From Amoebidium appalachense (Eukaryota > Protista > Ichthyosporea): 64,000 nt of DNA. The notes below the pieces were generated by a model. It ran no database searches. It had not been told where the DNA came from and worked only from the letters and a program-made list of their open reading frames with translations. A program made the translations under genes and the position numbers. The stretch spans positions 2,443,817-2,507,816 of the forward strand of contig CAVNZM010000013.1 in NCBI GenBank assembly GCA_963693365.1. The letters are read 5' to 3'. Positions 45,424 to 58,845 of this stretch are shown here, in pieces; position 1 is the first letter of the stretch, and every line of letters begins with the position of its first letter.

Positions 45424-45806
45424 AGGATAGGAGTCCGAAACGGTGGTGTCGACCTGACTGTGGGTGGGTGTGTCGATGGGAGGGAGGGGAGGGGGAGAGG
45501 GTGGGGGGGGGGGGGGGGGGGGGGAGGTGCTTGGCATGTGTAGATGTGTAGGCGCAAAATACCACAAAACACCACGTGCTGCATTTGTGGAATTGCCATA
45601 CACGTGATATATGGTCCACCTACGTGCACACTGATTGGCCGATGGTACCTCCGGCACGTTTCCACTGTGACGTCATCACCCATGCGTTGACCAATCACAG
45701 GAGCTGAAATGTTGGCGCCCCCCCCCCCCCCCCCCCCCCCCCCTCCCCCTTCCCACACCTCTCCCTGCGCCTTCGAGGCCGTATAAAACATGAGAGCGGC
45801 TGTCAA
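40534..45806 (-). pseudogene. Second PAN-TSP1-GH135 paralog, disabled
   Basis: Exon remnants colinear with 28197-33185 (ANISAPVIG, ANWGACIGDCG, AILNFNNGPG, GLFIDEVSN, SRFPSLEVILNSAG, GCYSDW.GSYGPGP, DPWVVLPSYF). Lesions: TAG for Trp at 44686-44688, TAA for Tyr at 44144-44146, 5-bp duplication frameshift at 43399-43408, further stops near 44885-44990. Confidence 0.85.
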
Positions 45807-47111
45807 AGACGTTTAAAACGCTCAAGAACGTGCACCGTGATCACATTTTGGGAGGGCTCATACTGGCCTCATTCATACTCACTTCATCGTGGATGCATTG
45901 CAGTATGTTCAATCAGGGCAAATGTTGTAACCCCTATCCCCCCCCTCCCCCCCATCCACCCCCACCCCCTCCCCTACCTCCCCCAAACCCCCCCCTCCCC
46001 CCCCACACACAGCCCCCTCCCCCCTCCCCCTCCCCCCACACCATCACCACCACCACCCACCCGTGCACATGCATATCCATTCCACCCGGCCACACTCCCT
46101 GCTCGTCTACAACAGTGCAAGGTTTCCTTTCGACAACCGGGGAGGGAAACGCAATGGTTGTTCTGCACAGGCGTATGCTGCCATGCCGGTGCATCTACCT
46201 GAGATTTGGCTAATATTCCCAAGACCCCTATGAAATTTTGTACATGTCACATCACCGGAGTATGCCTAACAACACCAATACAATGAGTTAGGGGGCAACG
46301 CAACAGTGCATAGGTCAGATTGTGCTTGTTAATGCTTCAACATAGAGTCTACCTGGCGGCAGGATGTGCGAGGGAGGATGGAGTTGCCCTGGGGTACTGT
46401 ATATATATGTGTGTGTGTGTGCGCGCACGCGCGCGCAGCACATGCGTGCACGTTGTTCCTTCGTCTAAGTTTGTTAGGAAGGGGATGCAAGGGGAAGGAC
46501 CGAGAGTGAAGGTCATCTACAATGACACGCCCAAATGAAATTGGCATAAAAAATTGCTGTAAAAGCTCCTTCATTCAGTTTAACTTGCCGTTTCAGACAG
46601 CCTGGGCCGACTGAAGATCCAAGACAAAAACAGACGCCAAAATTGCTCATAACAATAAATACAAAAAATACGATACTATTCGTAACAGATTACTAACAAG
46701 AAGATAGGCCAAGTTCCGACCTGGATAATCTGCAGCAAGCACACATCCCGAACCGTTGTGTGTCATGGAGCTGACCTCTAGTGTTGTAATTCCGCCTCAC
46801 ATGTTTACAGGCAACTAACCTCTCTCTAAGAAAAGCGAAAGCCCAACGCCGACGTGCTTGTTTGGATGTGCACAGAGCCACAGTACCACACTTACACACA
46901 CGCTCCCTCAATTGTTAAAGGTAACGGTCTGTTTTAAATCCCATTGCGGCAAGAAAGAAAACGCACAAGCACCATGCTTGTTTATGTCATAACAGTAATC
47001 ACACTACACACTCAGTAGTACACAAACACACGAGGTTCATTTCAGCTCGCTTGCAGGTGGGTAGCCGTAAAAACCAAAATGGCACGTCTAATCAAGTTAT
47101 CATCAGTTGGA

Positions 47112-47783
47112 TTAAAACCTCGCCCCTCCCTTTTCCGTAACAGGAAGCAACCTTTGGGTATCCTCCTCCCCATCCACCTCCACACCCACAGACGCCATAG
47201 CATAGGGAGGGGGCGCACTTGGCCCAGCAACATTAGACCCTCCTTCCACGTGGGAACTTTCTCTGGAAAACGCTCCCCCGCCTGTGCTAAGGTCGACGGT
47301 CACCTCTAGGGTTAAAACGGAGGCACGTCCATGCTCGTGCCTTCCATCGTTGTGTGTGACGACGGAATGTTCCAGAAGACGAAGCTGCACGCCACGTGGG
47401 GAAATATCCTCGTTGAGGGTGCGAATGTAGTTCTGAATTTCGTTGCGTGCGCGTGAGACACGACGATACTTCATGATAGCAAACACAACGGTTCCGACGA
47501 AGAGGGAGATGAAACCAACCCCAAACGAGGCAGCGAAGAAATCGGGTGAAACATCAGCTGCGATGGCAACGAAAAAAGAGCCGAAGATAAAGGCCATGGG
47601 GCCAAAGATGAGCCACATGGAGCTGTCGAACTTTTGCGCAAAGGGGGTGGCGAGAGAGTTGAGGTGGGTGAGGATTTCCGTGTACTCATCCCTGGACATA
47701 ACATTGCGAAGAGAGAGGAGGTAGGTGTCTTCGAATTGGTCCTTCTGGTAGGGCACACTCGTGGCGTGCAGATTCATCGCCAT
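47112..47783 (-). CDS. Intronless two-TM membrane protein, Erf4/Golgin-A7-like pattern
   Basis: 223-aa non-repetitive ORF with AAAAATGG start context; F..Y...L...MSRDEY..IL..LN and LNE....RGV patterns flank two hydrophobic helices; C-terminal PPPY and EDTQRLL motifs. Confidence 0.75.
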   Translation of the reverse strand: MAMNLHATSVPYQKDQFEDTYLLSLRNVMSRDEYTEILTHLNSLATPFAQKFDSSMWLIFGPMAFIFGSFFVAIAADVSPDFFAASFGVGFISLFVGTVVFAIMKYRRVSRARNEIQNYIRTLNEDISPRGVQLRLLEHSVVTHNDGRHEHGRASVLTLEVTVDLSTGGGAFSRESSHVEGGSNVAGPSAPPPYAMASVGVEVDGEEDTQRLLPVTEKGGARF

Positions 47784-48227
47784 TTTTGACGTTGTGAGTT
47801 GCTGCTAGAATTATGCAGAGAAAAAAGCCAAAAAAACACTTTTAGAAAGCTTTCATGTACGTGTGGGAGAAAACATAAGAAATGGTTCTTAGCGCTAAGA
47901 AAAGACTGAGAAGACTGAAAAACGCAGGAATAAGCTTTATATACCAAGGCCAAGATAATCGTTTGGATTACGTCACCATAAGCTTTGGATTACGGTTTTG
48001 TCGAAATATTCCTTGCTGAATCCTCGGGTTCCTCTGGTTTTTTTTTGTTTTTTTTTTAATTAACAACACCAGCAATAAGAGTTAAAGACATATTATAATA
48101 ATAATCTCATTATCATGATGATGTTACATTGATTTTATTCCTCTACAAACGGGGTATACTGTGATGAGACCGTCTGTGACGGCATCCGAGTCCATGACAA
48201 GCCTTGGTCCAAGTGACTGTCCGACAG

Positions 48228-48459
48228 ACACACCAGTTTAACCGGTCATGTATCGCCAAATGTTATTGATAGACCACATAATACCGCAACACACACACGT
48301 CACATTCACAACAGACACCCAGAAAGATAGCCTACCTGTAAATTACAACATCCTTGATTTTATACTAAACACGCGTAACTACGACCTGTTTATTAGATGT
48401 ATTGATTGGCTTGAGAAACACATCACTACAAAATTATAGCGCACGCGCACACACACACA

Positions 48460-48508
<49 letters not shown>
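48228..48508 (+). mobile_element. Extremely 5'-truncated LINE family B copy with (CA)n tail
   Basis: 48230-48440 closely matches the reverse complement of 3575-3792 and is followed by (CA)n. Confidence 0.9.
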
Positions 48509-48510
<2 letters not shown>

Positions 48511-48542
48511 CCAGCTGATACCGAGTGTCCCGAGGGGAGCCC

Positions 48543-48589
<47 letters not shown>

Positions 48590-48775
48590 GGGGAACCCCA
48601 ACTAATTGATTTCTCCTTGTAGTCTTTATGGTGTCTCGTAGAGAAAGTAAACCCTGATATATAGTCACCACCCGACATCTATGTACGTGATCATGATATA
48701 CCGCTGAGGGGATATTCCGAGCAAACCCCCCCCCCCCCCATACCTGAGACTGGTTCTCTTTGCCTCGAGTAAACA
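48511..48775. repeat. Dispersed ~270-bp repeat, copy 2
   Basis: Homologous to 8766-9040, same orientation. Confidence 0.75.
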
Positions 48776-49110
48776 GCGTAAACCCCCGTGTCCGTCTCCT
48801 ACCGTGAAACTACAATCTAGATTATACCCAAATAAGGTAGTTGTTAAAATGAAGTAATTGTTTCATCTAAGGATCTAAAGTACAAAGCATATTTGATTGG
48901 CTACAAGGGCCGAAAATATTTCACACCCAGCAACCAAGGAATTCCGTGCGACACGGCCGCGGCGCTCAGCTGTGTTGCTTTTGCTTCACAGCGTCCGGAT
49001 TCAGAAACATCAAGTAGGCGCACATGTGTATTTGCAAGCTAGCAACACACAATTACCTAGCCATAAGCACCGCCTACTAGTGTTCCAATTTTAGCCTTTA
49101 AAGCGGCAAG

Positions 49111-50295
49111 ATGTCTGCGCCAGCGGTTGAAGCGCCCAAACCTGCCGATGGGGAGCAGCTGGCACCCCAAAAGGGCCAGCTGCAGGATCCCGACACGGTG
49201 ACAAAGTACAAGGTGGCGGCCGAAATTACAAACAGTAAGTGTAGTTCTTTCCTCGTGTTTTCTCCTAATTTGTCTTAGTTTTTGTGGTATATATGCATCG
49301 CCAGTGCGTGTGTTAGGAGCAAGGCGTGTGTGTGTGTGTAACACGTTGTGCGGGCTGGTGGTGGTGGTGGCTGAGTTGGTTGGATGGTGTGGAAAGGGAG
49401 GGAGAAAGTGGGGATGGGGAAGCCGGGGGGAGGGAAAGGACAGGGAGACGCGTGTGCACACCTGTGTGAGAAGGCATTTAAAAAACTACAGCAGGCTTTT
49501 CCTATCCATGGTTGTGTAAATGCAGGTCTGTTCATTTCCGTTACTAAGTCCAGCCTGCATCGTGACCATCGTGGAATGGGTCTACTCTTGTTCGTATTCA
49601 TATGCACAGTAGCCGGATGTGCATATTCATGCAGGTTGGTTGGTCATGAGGGAGGAGCACATTCATCCAATCTGAGTTTGGCGATTATGGGATGTTGTTC
49701 CTTTCGTCTAAAGCAGGCGACTACGATTTCATGGACCGCACAGGAGTCAGGGGGGAGGGGAGGGGGTTTTAAAAAGGGGGTTCCGGAACATGGGGGAGGG
49801 CGGTAGGGATGGAGTTGGAAAGTGGGGTCACGGGAGGGAAGGGATGAGTGGGGGGGAGTTGGATGAGGAAGGACGTGATGGAAACCAACTTCTTCATATG
49901 GGTATCCCCCCTAACATCCATGTTTTTGCACAGAGGTGCTTGCACACGTTAAGACACTGTGTGTTGCCGACGCCAGCGTGCTTTCCATCTGCGAGGCTGG
50001 GGACCGGATGATAGTGGAGGAGTGTGGGAAGGTTTACAAGAAGAAGGCACACACGGAGGGGGGCAAGGACCAGGACGTGCCAAAGGGTATACTCTCTCTC
50101 TCTCTCTCTCCCCCCCCCCCCCCCCCCCTCCCCTCTTCCCCCCCCCCCTCTATATATATATATATATATATATATATCTCACACACACATTCTCTCTCTT
50201 CCTCTCCCTCTCTCTCTCTCTCTCTCCCTCTCTCTCTCTCTCTCCCACCCCCCCTCTCTATCTCCCTGCATCTCTCTCACTCTATCTCTCCCTCT

Positions 50296-50327
<32 letters not shown>

Positions 50328-50476
50328 GTATCTCCCTCCCCCCCCCCCCTCTCTCCCCCCCCCCCCTCTCCCTCTCTCCCTCTCGCTCTCCCTCTCCCTC
50401 TCTCTCTATCACACACACACACACACTCTCTCTCTCTCTCTCTCCCCCCCCCCCCCCCCTTCTCACACACACACAC

Positions 50477-50514
<38 letters not shown>

Positions 50515-50565
50515 TTGCCCCCTCTCGGACAGCCACACACACACACACACACACGCGCGCTCGCA

Positions 50566-50624
<59 letters not shown>

Positions 50625-50993
50625 GCTCACTCCCCTCCCCCCCCCCCCCCCCCTTCCGCCGACCCTCCCTTTCCCCCCCCCCCCCCCCCCCCCACCACCA
50701 CCACCACCACCACCACCACCACACCGCACAACACACACATATCATTCACATTCATCCCTCAAGCCAAGCCAGATGCCTCTCTCAACCTTTCTGTCTACAT
50801 ATTCGTTGCGCATCCTTTATACCATATATATATATATATATAACGCTAACAATGGTTCCATTTCCCCAGGCATTTCCTTCCCCACGTGTATCTCCGTCAA
50901 CAACGTGGTCTGCCACTACTCCCCCGTCACCCTAGACCAGGCCATTACTCTCAGGGATGGCGACCTTATTAAAATGTATACTCACCCCCCCCC

Positions 50994-51024
<31 letters not shown>

Positions 51025-51489
51025 ACACCATTTTGTGACGTTTTTTTGTTTTGTCTTTTCGTTTCTCTTCCGTATTTCCAACCCTCTTAGGCATACATCC
51101 TCTCCCCCCCCCCCCCCTTCTGCCTACTTTAGATCCCGTGGCACACCTTATGACGCTGCACTTTAGTATTGAAGAGATACCACACGTGAATGATTTGTAG
51201 GCCCGCACCTAAACACACCAGCCCCCTGCCAGAAAAATTTTCTCTCTCCTCCCCTCCCCCCCCCCCCCCTCCCCCCCCACACACACACCCTCCCCCTGGG
51301 CGCCCTCTAACTCCCCCCTCCCGCCCCTGCCGGCCCCTCGTTCCGCGCGCAATCCACCGTACAAGCAGTTAGACAGTTACTTGCGTACTATGGACAATAT
51401 GGACACCTAACCTCATTTGCTGCTTATACCAGTTCACAAAACACACACACACACACATAGACATACACACACACACACACACACGCACG

Positions 51490-51566
<77 letters not shown>

Positions 51567-51863
51567 CTCCCATCCATCACACACACACACACACACACAT
51601 CTCCCATCCATCACAAACACACACACACACACATCTCCCATCCATCACACACACACACACACACATCTCCCATCCATCACACATTGAAAAGAAACCCGCA
51701 CACACACGCACACGTACACAACACACACACACGATACACACACACACACACTCCTCCCTCACCCCCCCCCCCCACACACACACACACCCTCCTCCTCCTC
51801 CCCCTCCCTCCCCACACACACACACCCTCCCTCCCCCCCCCCCCCCACACACACACACCCCCC

Positions 51864-51894
<31 letters not shown>

Positions 51895-52851
51895 ACACGT
51901 ACAGTGACCTTGGCTGCCACGTGGACGGGTATGCGGCTGTGGTTGCATCCTCGATTGTGATTGGTGCGTCGTCTGCCAATCCGATCACAGATCGGAGGGC
52001 TGACGTTGTTCTAGCAGCCCACTATGCCACTGAGGCTGTCCTGAGAATGCTCAAGCCCGGCACAAAGGTAGCCTGATTTATCATCTTTTCGTTCGGGGGA
52101 AAGGAGGGGAACGGAGAGCGGGGGGGTGGGGGGGGGGGGGGTTAGGATGTTCCTCTGATATTTGAAAGGCCCGTGTGTGTGTACGTGTGTGTGTGTGTGT
52201 GCGTGCGTGTGTGTGTGCGTGCGTGTTTTGGGGGGCGTGGGATGGGAAGGCTGGACGGAGGTGGGAGGGGGGGGGGGGGGGGGGGATCGTGCTAGAAGAT
52301 TTAGGTGAGCCGTGAGTATTCTTGTTACGAAACCAACACCTCTATGCACATAGATACAGCTTTGGAATGCACACTCACACAGTGACACACACAGTTCACC
52401 GAGATTTCGGATACCATTTTGAAAGTTGCCGAGGCTTACAAAGTCAAGCCCATCGAAGGTATCCAACCCCACCCTTCCCCTGCGCCCAACACACACACAC
52501 ACACACAATGCCTCTCTCCCCTTCCCCCTCTGTCTCCCTCTCCCTCCTCCCCCTCCCTCTCCCTCTCCCTCTCCCTCCCACCCCCATCCCTCCCCAACTA
52601 ACTCCCTTCGCGCTACACACGGATACAAACATACCCACACACACCGACATATGTCCCTACCCCACAGTCACACACACAAACACACACAGTTCCTCCCTCC
52701 CCTCCCTCTCCCTCTCCCTCTCCCTCTCCCTCCACCGCCCCCCCCCCCCCCCCCCTCCCCCCCCCTTCCCCCCCTCCCCTTGCTCTCCTGCTCTACATCA
52801 CAGCCCCTCCTCTCCCTCGCTCTCTCCCTCCCTCCTTCGCCGTCGGTCCCC

Positions 52852-52890
<39 letters not shown>

Positions 52891-53567
52891 CCCTCCCTCT
52901 AACGGATACAAACATCCTCACACACACAGACACATGTTCCTACCCCACAGCCCCGGACGCTCTTCCCACACACACTTGTTGTTCATTTTTTCGTTGGTTT
53001 GTTTACTCCGTTATTTCTTTTTTCATTTCCTTGTTTTTTGTTTGGGGACGGAGGGGGGGGGGGGGGGGGGGGGGAGGGGAGTGGAGGAAGGATGGGGAGG
53101 GAGGGGGGTGGGGGGGGGGGGTCCAAGAATTCAACGTGAACGTACAAAAGAGCACAACGCTAATGGCATGTGAGTTGAGTGCCATATTTAGATTTTACAG
53201 CCAAAAATATACTAGTTTGATTGGCTGAGTTGAGTGCTATATATAGATATTAAAGCTAAAAGTAGACTGATTCCGATTGGCTGCAGGGATGCTCTGCCAC
53301 ACGTTGACACACAACGTTATCGACGGAGAGAAAGCAATCATCGTGGTACGCACCTCTCCGCCCTTCCCCCCCCCCCCCCCCCCCCCCCCTCCCCCTACTC
53401 TTTATGTATGGCTTGCATTCTGCATCGTGTTATCCGTTTGTTCTTGTGTACTTCGTACTTTATGACGCATTCAACCCCCCTCCCCCTCCCCCCTCTCTCC
53501 CACCCACCCACCCACCACCAATATCACCACCAGCACCAGCACCACCAAAAAAGAAAATAATAAAAAA

Positions 53568-53603
<36 letters not shown>

Positions 53604-53750
53604 GGGAGGGGAGGAATCAATGCTTAAGTTAATGTCTAACTTCGAAACGGTTTCCCTCTGCGTTTGTTCTTTACTTAACCCCCATCGCCCACCACCACTC
53701 CTTCACCTACATATCATGATCTCCTCCCCCATTCAGTGATAAATGCGCCG

Positions 53751-53782
<32 letters not shown>

Positions 53783-53955
53783 GGGGGTTGCTGACCCGAT
53801 TCGATTTAACGGTTCGGGGCGGTTGCAGGGCAATTTGCCCGGATCCACGGAGAAGCCCAAAGACCATTCCGTGGAGGTGAATGACGTCTATGCCATTGAC
53901 GTAATGATTAGCTCGGCAGAGGGCAAGGTGGGTGGGTGGGTGGGTGTGTGTGTGT

Positions 53956-53993
<38 letters not shown>

Positions 53994-55848
53994 GCATGTG
54001 GGTGTGTGGGTGTGGGTGGGTGTGTGTGTGGGTGGGTGGGTGCATATGTGGGTACTGGTAAATGCTTTTTTGTGAACGTGTGTGTACGTGTGTGTGTGTG
54101 GGATGGGGTAGGGAGGAGGGAGGGGAGTTTGATAATGGATAATTGCGGGGCGGAGAGAAGGGGAAGGGGGGGGGGGAGGGGGGGTTATGCATGGATGGGT
54201 AAATATCCACGCGTGTGTGTTTGGGGGGAGGGGGGGGGGGGATTCTCTACGTGTTTGGATTTCTCATGTTTTTCTCCTTTCCCACTCCCCGAAGTGGAAC
54301 ACCATTTAAACACGTACACGTGCACACACACGTCTGCACGTACACGCACACGTACACACGTACACACACGTACACACGTACACACACGTACACACGTACA
54401 CACACGTAAACACACACACACACACACACACACACGCGCGCGCGCGCGTACAGGTGCAAGGGGCGCCTCTGCGCACCACCGTGTGGAAGCGTGTTGAAGA
54501 CACCAACTACATGATGAAAATGAAGGTCTCAAGGGCACTACTAAGCGAGGTCAAGCAGAAATTCCCTACATTCCCCTTCACCCTGAGGTACGTATCTCTC
54601 TCGCCCTGTCTCTTTTTTGTATCGTTGTACCAGATGGGAGGGGGAAGGGGGGGATATCTCTTCTTGCTGGCGTACGCGTGAGTGGGTGTGTGCGTTTGGG
54701 CGTGCGTGCGTGAGTGGGTGCGTGCGTGCGTGTGTTCCTCTAGGGGAGATATGGGGTCAAAATGCAAGCCCATGTGGGTTAAGGGAGGGCACGTTGTGTA
54801 TTGGTGCATGTTAAGATACTTGTGGCTGGCAGGTGGGAAGGAAGTGATTATGTCCTAATCCTATTGAGATCCTGAAATTTCCACTGGGTGACTGTGTGTG
54901 TGGGGCAATGTTGGCCGAAAATCCTATTGGAATCCTGAAATTTCCACCATTATGACTGTGAATGGGGCTGGAAACCGTTGAAAGACTTAATGATAACATA
55001 AAATGCATTCGGGATGTGACTTTGCATGTGGTTGGGAATTTCTGAAATACTGTGGTGATAGGCTAAAACCCATCCCGGATGCTGAAATTTCAATCTCGAT
55101 CATAGGGCAATGGAGGATGAAAAGCGTGCGCTGCTTGGACTCGGCGAGTGCCACAAACACAAACTGCTCGATCCATTCCCCGTCGTTTTGGATGCTGACA
55201 ACAGTACGACCCCCCCTCCCCCCTCCCCCCCTCCCCCCTCCCCCCCCCCCCTTGCCCTTCTCCCCTGAACGCGCTCGCGCGCGCGTGCACGTCCGCCCTC
55301 TTTGTATTGTAATCTCTTTCACCTCCAACCCTCTAATTCATACATCACTCCCCGCTTTTCGCGTACACAAACGCGCGCATGCACACACACTCAGGCACGC
55401 ACTCACTCGCTCGCTCGCTTGCGCGCGTGCGCGCACACACACACACATGTGCGCACGCATGCGCGCGCCGAGGTGAATGGGTCAAAATTTTGGTACTGTG
55501 GATGACTTCGGCTGAGAATGGCCTCTGCTTGTACATCTATGCTCTTTGTGTGGGTTTTTCGGAACTGTGTTGTGTTCTTTTCCGTGAATGTTTACTTCTT
55601 ACTCTTTAAACCCCCCCCCCCCCCCCCTCCCCCCCCCCCCCCCCCCCCTGGAAATTGCAGTTGTTAACGAGGTGGATGGGTCGAAAGTTGGGTACTGTGT
55701 CTGACTTGGGTCTTTTCTGAAGATGGGCTCTTAATATGATCATACTCTGTATGTTTTGCACTCTGTCTTGTGTTGTCTTTAATGAATGTGTCCTTAGTAC
55801 TCTTGTGACGTATTCTAACAAGCCCGTGATCCCACTCACCACCACCAG

Positions 55849-55899
<51 letters not shown>

Positions 55900-55900
55900 G

Positions 55901-55935
<35 letters not shown>

Positions 55936-57155
55936 TCCCCTCTCCCACCTTCCCACCCACCCACACACACACACACATGACATCACGTACGCACACACGT
56001 ACACGCACTCTTCAAAACACACATCCGCTTACACCCAGCTCCCTGCCCCCCACACATACACATACACGTACACACACACAAACACACACGTACAGATGCC
56101 GTTGTTGCCGAGGTCAAGTACACGGTCCTTGTTGGTGCAAACGGTACTGTGCGCATAACGGACGCACTTACGGACCTGAGTGTGTTTAAGAGCGATAAGT
56201 CGATCGTGGATGAGGGGGTGAAGGCTCTGCTTGCTGCTGACATCCCGGGGAAGGTGGGTGTGGAGTTTGTGCTTTTTTGTGGTTTTTTTTTTTTTTTTTT
56301 TTTGGATTTCGCCTACATCGATTTGCAAGTTTTTTTTATTTTTTATTATTTTTTTTTTTTTTGGGGGGGGGGGGGTGTTAGTGGTGGGTGTAGGTCGGGT
56401 TGGCGAGTGGGTATGCGGGATGGGAGGGTTGGGGATGGGGGGGGGGTGAGGGGGGGCGGGTGGATGGGGAGGGGGGAGGGGGGGGGGGGGGAGGAGGTTT
56501 GTTTGGGTTGGCAAGGGTGTATACCAGTAGCCTTTCGCGTGGCTAGCTTGGTTCCCTCCCTCTCTCTCCCTCCCTCCCTCCCTCCCTCCTTCCCTCTCTC
56601 CCTCCCTCCCTCCCTCCCTCCCTCCCTCCCTCCCTCCCTCCCTCCCTCCCTCCCTCCCTCCCCCTTTCCCTCTCTCTCCCTCTCCCTCTCCCTCTCCCTC
56701 TCCCTCTCCCTCTCCCTCCCCCTCCCCCCTCCCCCCTCCCTCCCTCCCTCCCTCCCTCCCTCCCTCCCTCCCTCCCTCCCTCCCTCCCTCTCTCTCCCTC
56801 TCCCTCTCCCTCTCCCTCTCCCTCCCTCCCTCCCTTCCTCCCTCCCTCCCTCCCTCCCTCTCTCCCTTCCTCTCCCTCTCCCTCTCCCTCCCTCCCTCCC
56901 TTCCTCCCTCCCTCCCTCTCTCCCTCTCTCCCTCTCCCTCTCCCTCTCTCCCTCTCCCTCCCCCCTCCCTCCCTCCCTCCCTCCCTCCCTCCCTCTCTCT
57001 CCCTCTCCCTCTCCCTCCCTCTCCCTCTCCCTCTCCCTCCCTCCCTTCCCTCCCTCCCTCCCTCCCTCCCTCTCTCCCTCTCTCCCTCTCCCTCTCCCTC
57101 TCTCCCTCTCCCTCTCCCTCCCTCCCTCCCTCCCTCCCTCCCTCCCTCCCTCCCT

Positions 57156-57186
<31 letters not shown>

Positions 57187-57367
57187 CCCCTCCCTCTCCT
57201 TTCCTTCCTCCATCCCTCCCTCGCTCACTCACTTCCTCTCTCTCCCTCTCTCATCCTCTCTCCCGCTCTCCCTCTCCCTTTCCCTTTCCCTCTCTCTCCT
57301 TTCCTCTCTCTCTCTTCTCTCTCCCTCTTCCTTTCCCTCTCCCTCTCCCTCTGTCTCCCTTCCTCTT

Positions 57368-57418
<51 letters not shown>

Positions 57419-58171
57419 CCCCCCCCCTCTGCCTCTCCCCCCCTCTCTCTCTCCCTCTCCCTCTTCCCTGGCTGATCTTGCATACTTGAATTTTTGCCTT
57501 TGCATGTGTCCTGCACCATGCTTCTCGTCCTGTATGCGTACTTTGTACCGTGTTCCGCATTCAAACCCCCCCAGTCTTCTTTCAGAGGTGTCCTTTCAGG
57601 ACAGACCACTGTGTGGAGACCGCTTTACTTCCATGCAACCATGCCTCCATGCAACCAGGCATGGTTGCTCTGTGTCGTGCATCTGTAAGCACATACGCAT
57701 TTTTCGCTGCACTGCATTAGTTTGCACACACATCTTCACCGTTTCGCTCACCTTGCTTGCATAAGCAACCCTGCTCGTCTTTGATCAAGACGGGTTGACC
57801 CGCCCAAGTTCAGTTGATGCTGCTGTCTGAGTTGGAGCGTCACATATACGCGGGCTAAGGGGTCGAAACTCAGACGCAATTGATGACTTGGGCCCTTCCT
57901 GAGGATGGGCTCTGCTTATGACGCATACTGTGCGCATGGCTGATCTTGCATACTTGAATGTTTGCCTTTGCATGTGTCCTGCACCATGCTTCTCGTCGTG
58001 TATGCGTACTTTGTACCGTGTTCCGCATTCAAACCCCCCCCCCCCCCCCCCTCTCTCTCTCTCTCCCCCTCCCCTTCTCTCCCTCTCCCCCTCTCCCTCT
58101 CCCTCTCCCTCCGTTTCTCTCTCTCTCTCTCTTTTTCCTTTCCCCCCCCTCTCCTTCCCTCTCCCCCCCCC

Positions 58172-58229
<58 letters not shown>

Positions 58230-58585
58230 ATCTATCTATCTCTCTCCCCCCTCTCCTCTCCATCTTGCTCACTCTCTTTTTCCCTTTCCCCCCCCCCCCC
58301 CCCCCCCCTCCCTCTCCCTTTCTCTCTTTCTCTCTCTCTTTCGCTCCTCCCCCCCCCCCCCCCCTCCCCCCCCCCTCTCTCCCTCCCTCCCTCCCGCACC
58401 CACACCCACACCCACCCACGATCCTCCCTACTCCTCCCCTCAGACCAACCCCCCTCCCCCCCCCCCTTTTTTTTTGTTTGTTTGTTTGTATTCATAGCCC
58501 CTAATTTTGGTATCTGTTTGGGGTTCAACAGAAGAAGAACAAGAAGAAGCCCGCAAAGAAGGAGGCTGGGACGGCAGCTGAGTGA
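49111..58585 (+). CDS. PA2G4: Proliferation-associated protein 2G4 / Ebp1 (MetAP fold), 11 exons
   Basis: Exons 49111-49234, 49934-50086, 50870-50975, 51905-52067, 52395-52458, 53287-53345, 53829-53927, 54454-54587, 55106-55203, 56096-56253, 58532-58585. Motifs [51 protein letters not shown] and a Lys-rich tail. Confidence 0.95.
55467..55826 (+). mobile_element. Two adjacent diverged family X copies (55467-55612, 55660-55826)
   Basis: Both carry CGAGGTG.ATGGGTC.AAA.TT.GGTACTGTG..TGACTT, matching the reverse complement of 15340-15390. Confidence 0.65.
56553..57468. repeat. Polypyrimidine (CCCT)n/(CT)n tract
   Basis: ~900 bp almost entirely C/T; source of the spurious 399-aa and 446-aa ORFs. 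Confidence 0.95.
57470..58035 (+). mobile_element. Two family X copies (57470-57572 short, 57700-58035 long)
   Basis: 57470-57570 is near-identical to 57938-58037; the long copy shares CAAGACGGGTT.ACCC.CCCA.GTTCA and GATGACTT.GGCCCTTCC..GAGGATGGG.TCTGCTTAT with the 15.3-kb copy. Confidence 0.75.
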
Positions 58586-58718
58586 CGATGATGGCCCAAA
58601 ATCACGATCTTCTAAACGGAAAATTCCGAAATTGTGGTGCGGGGGGAGGTGGAGCTGCGGGGACGTACGACTTCTGAGATGAAGGATTGATGAATCGGGT
58701 TGCGTATTTTGGAGTTTT

Positions 58719-58760
<42 letters not shown>

Positions 58761-58812
58761 TGCCCCCTATTTCGCTGGTGTTGAAGTTCCTTCATTTCTT
58801 TCTTTCTGTGTC

Positions 58813-58845
<33 letters not shown>

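Noticed and set aside
57881-57943. Box C/D snoRNA (TGATGA..CTGA..CTGA)
   Set aside because: Boxes are not conserved in other family X copies and no rRNA complementarity was recognised.
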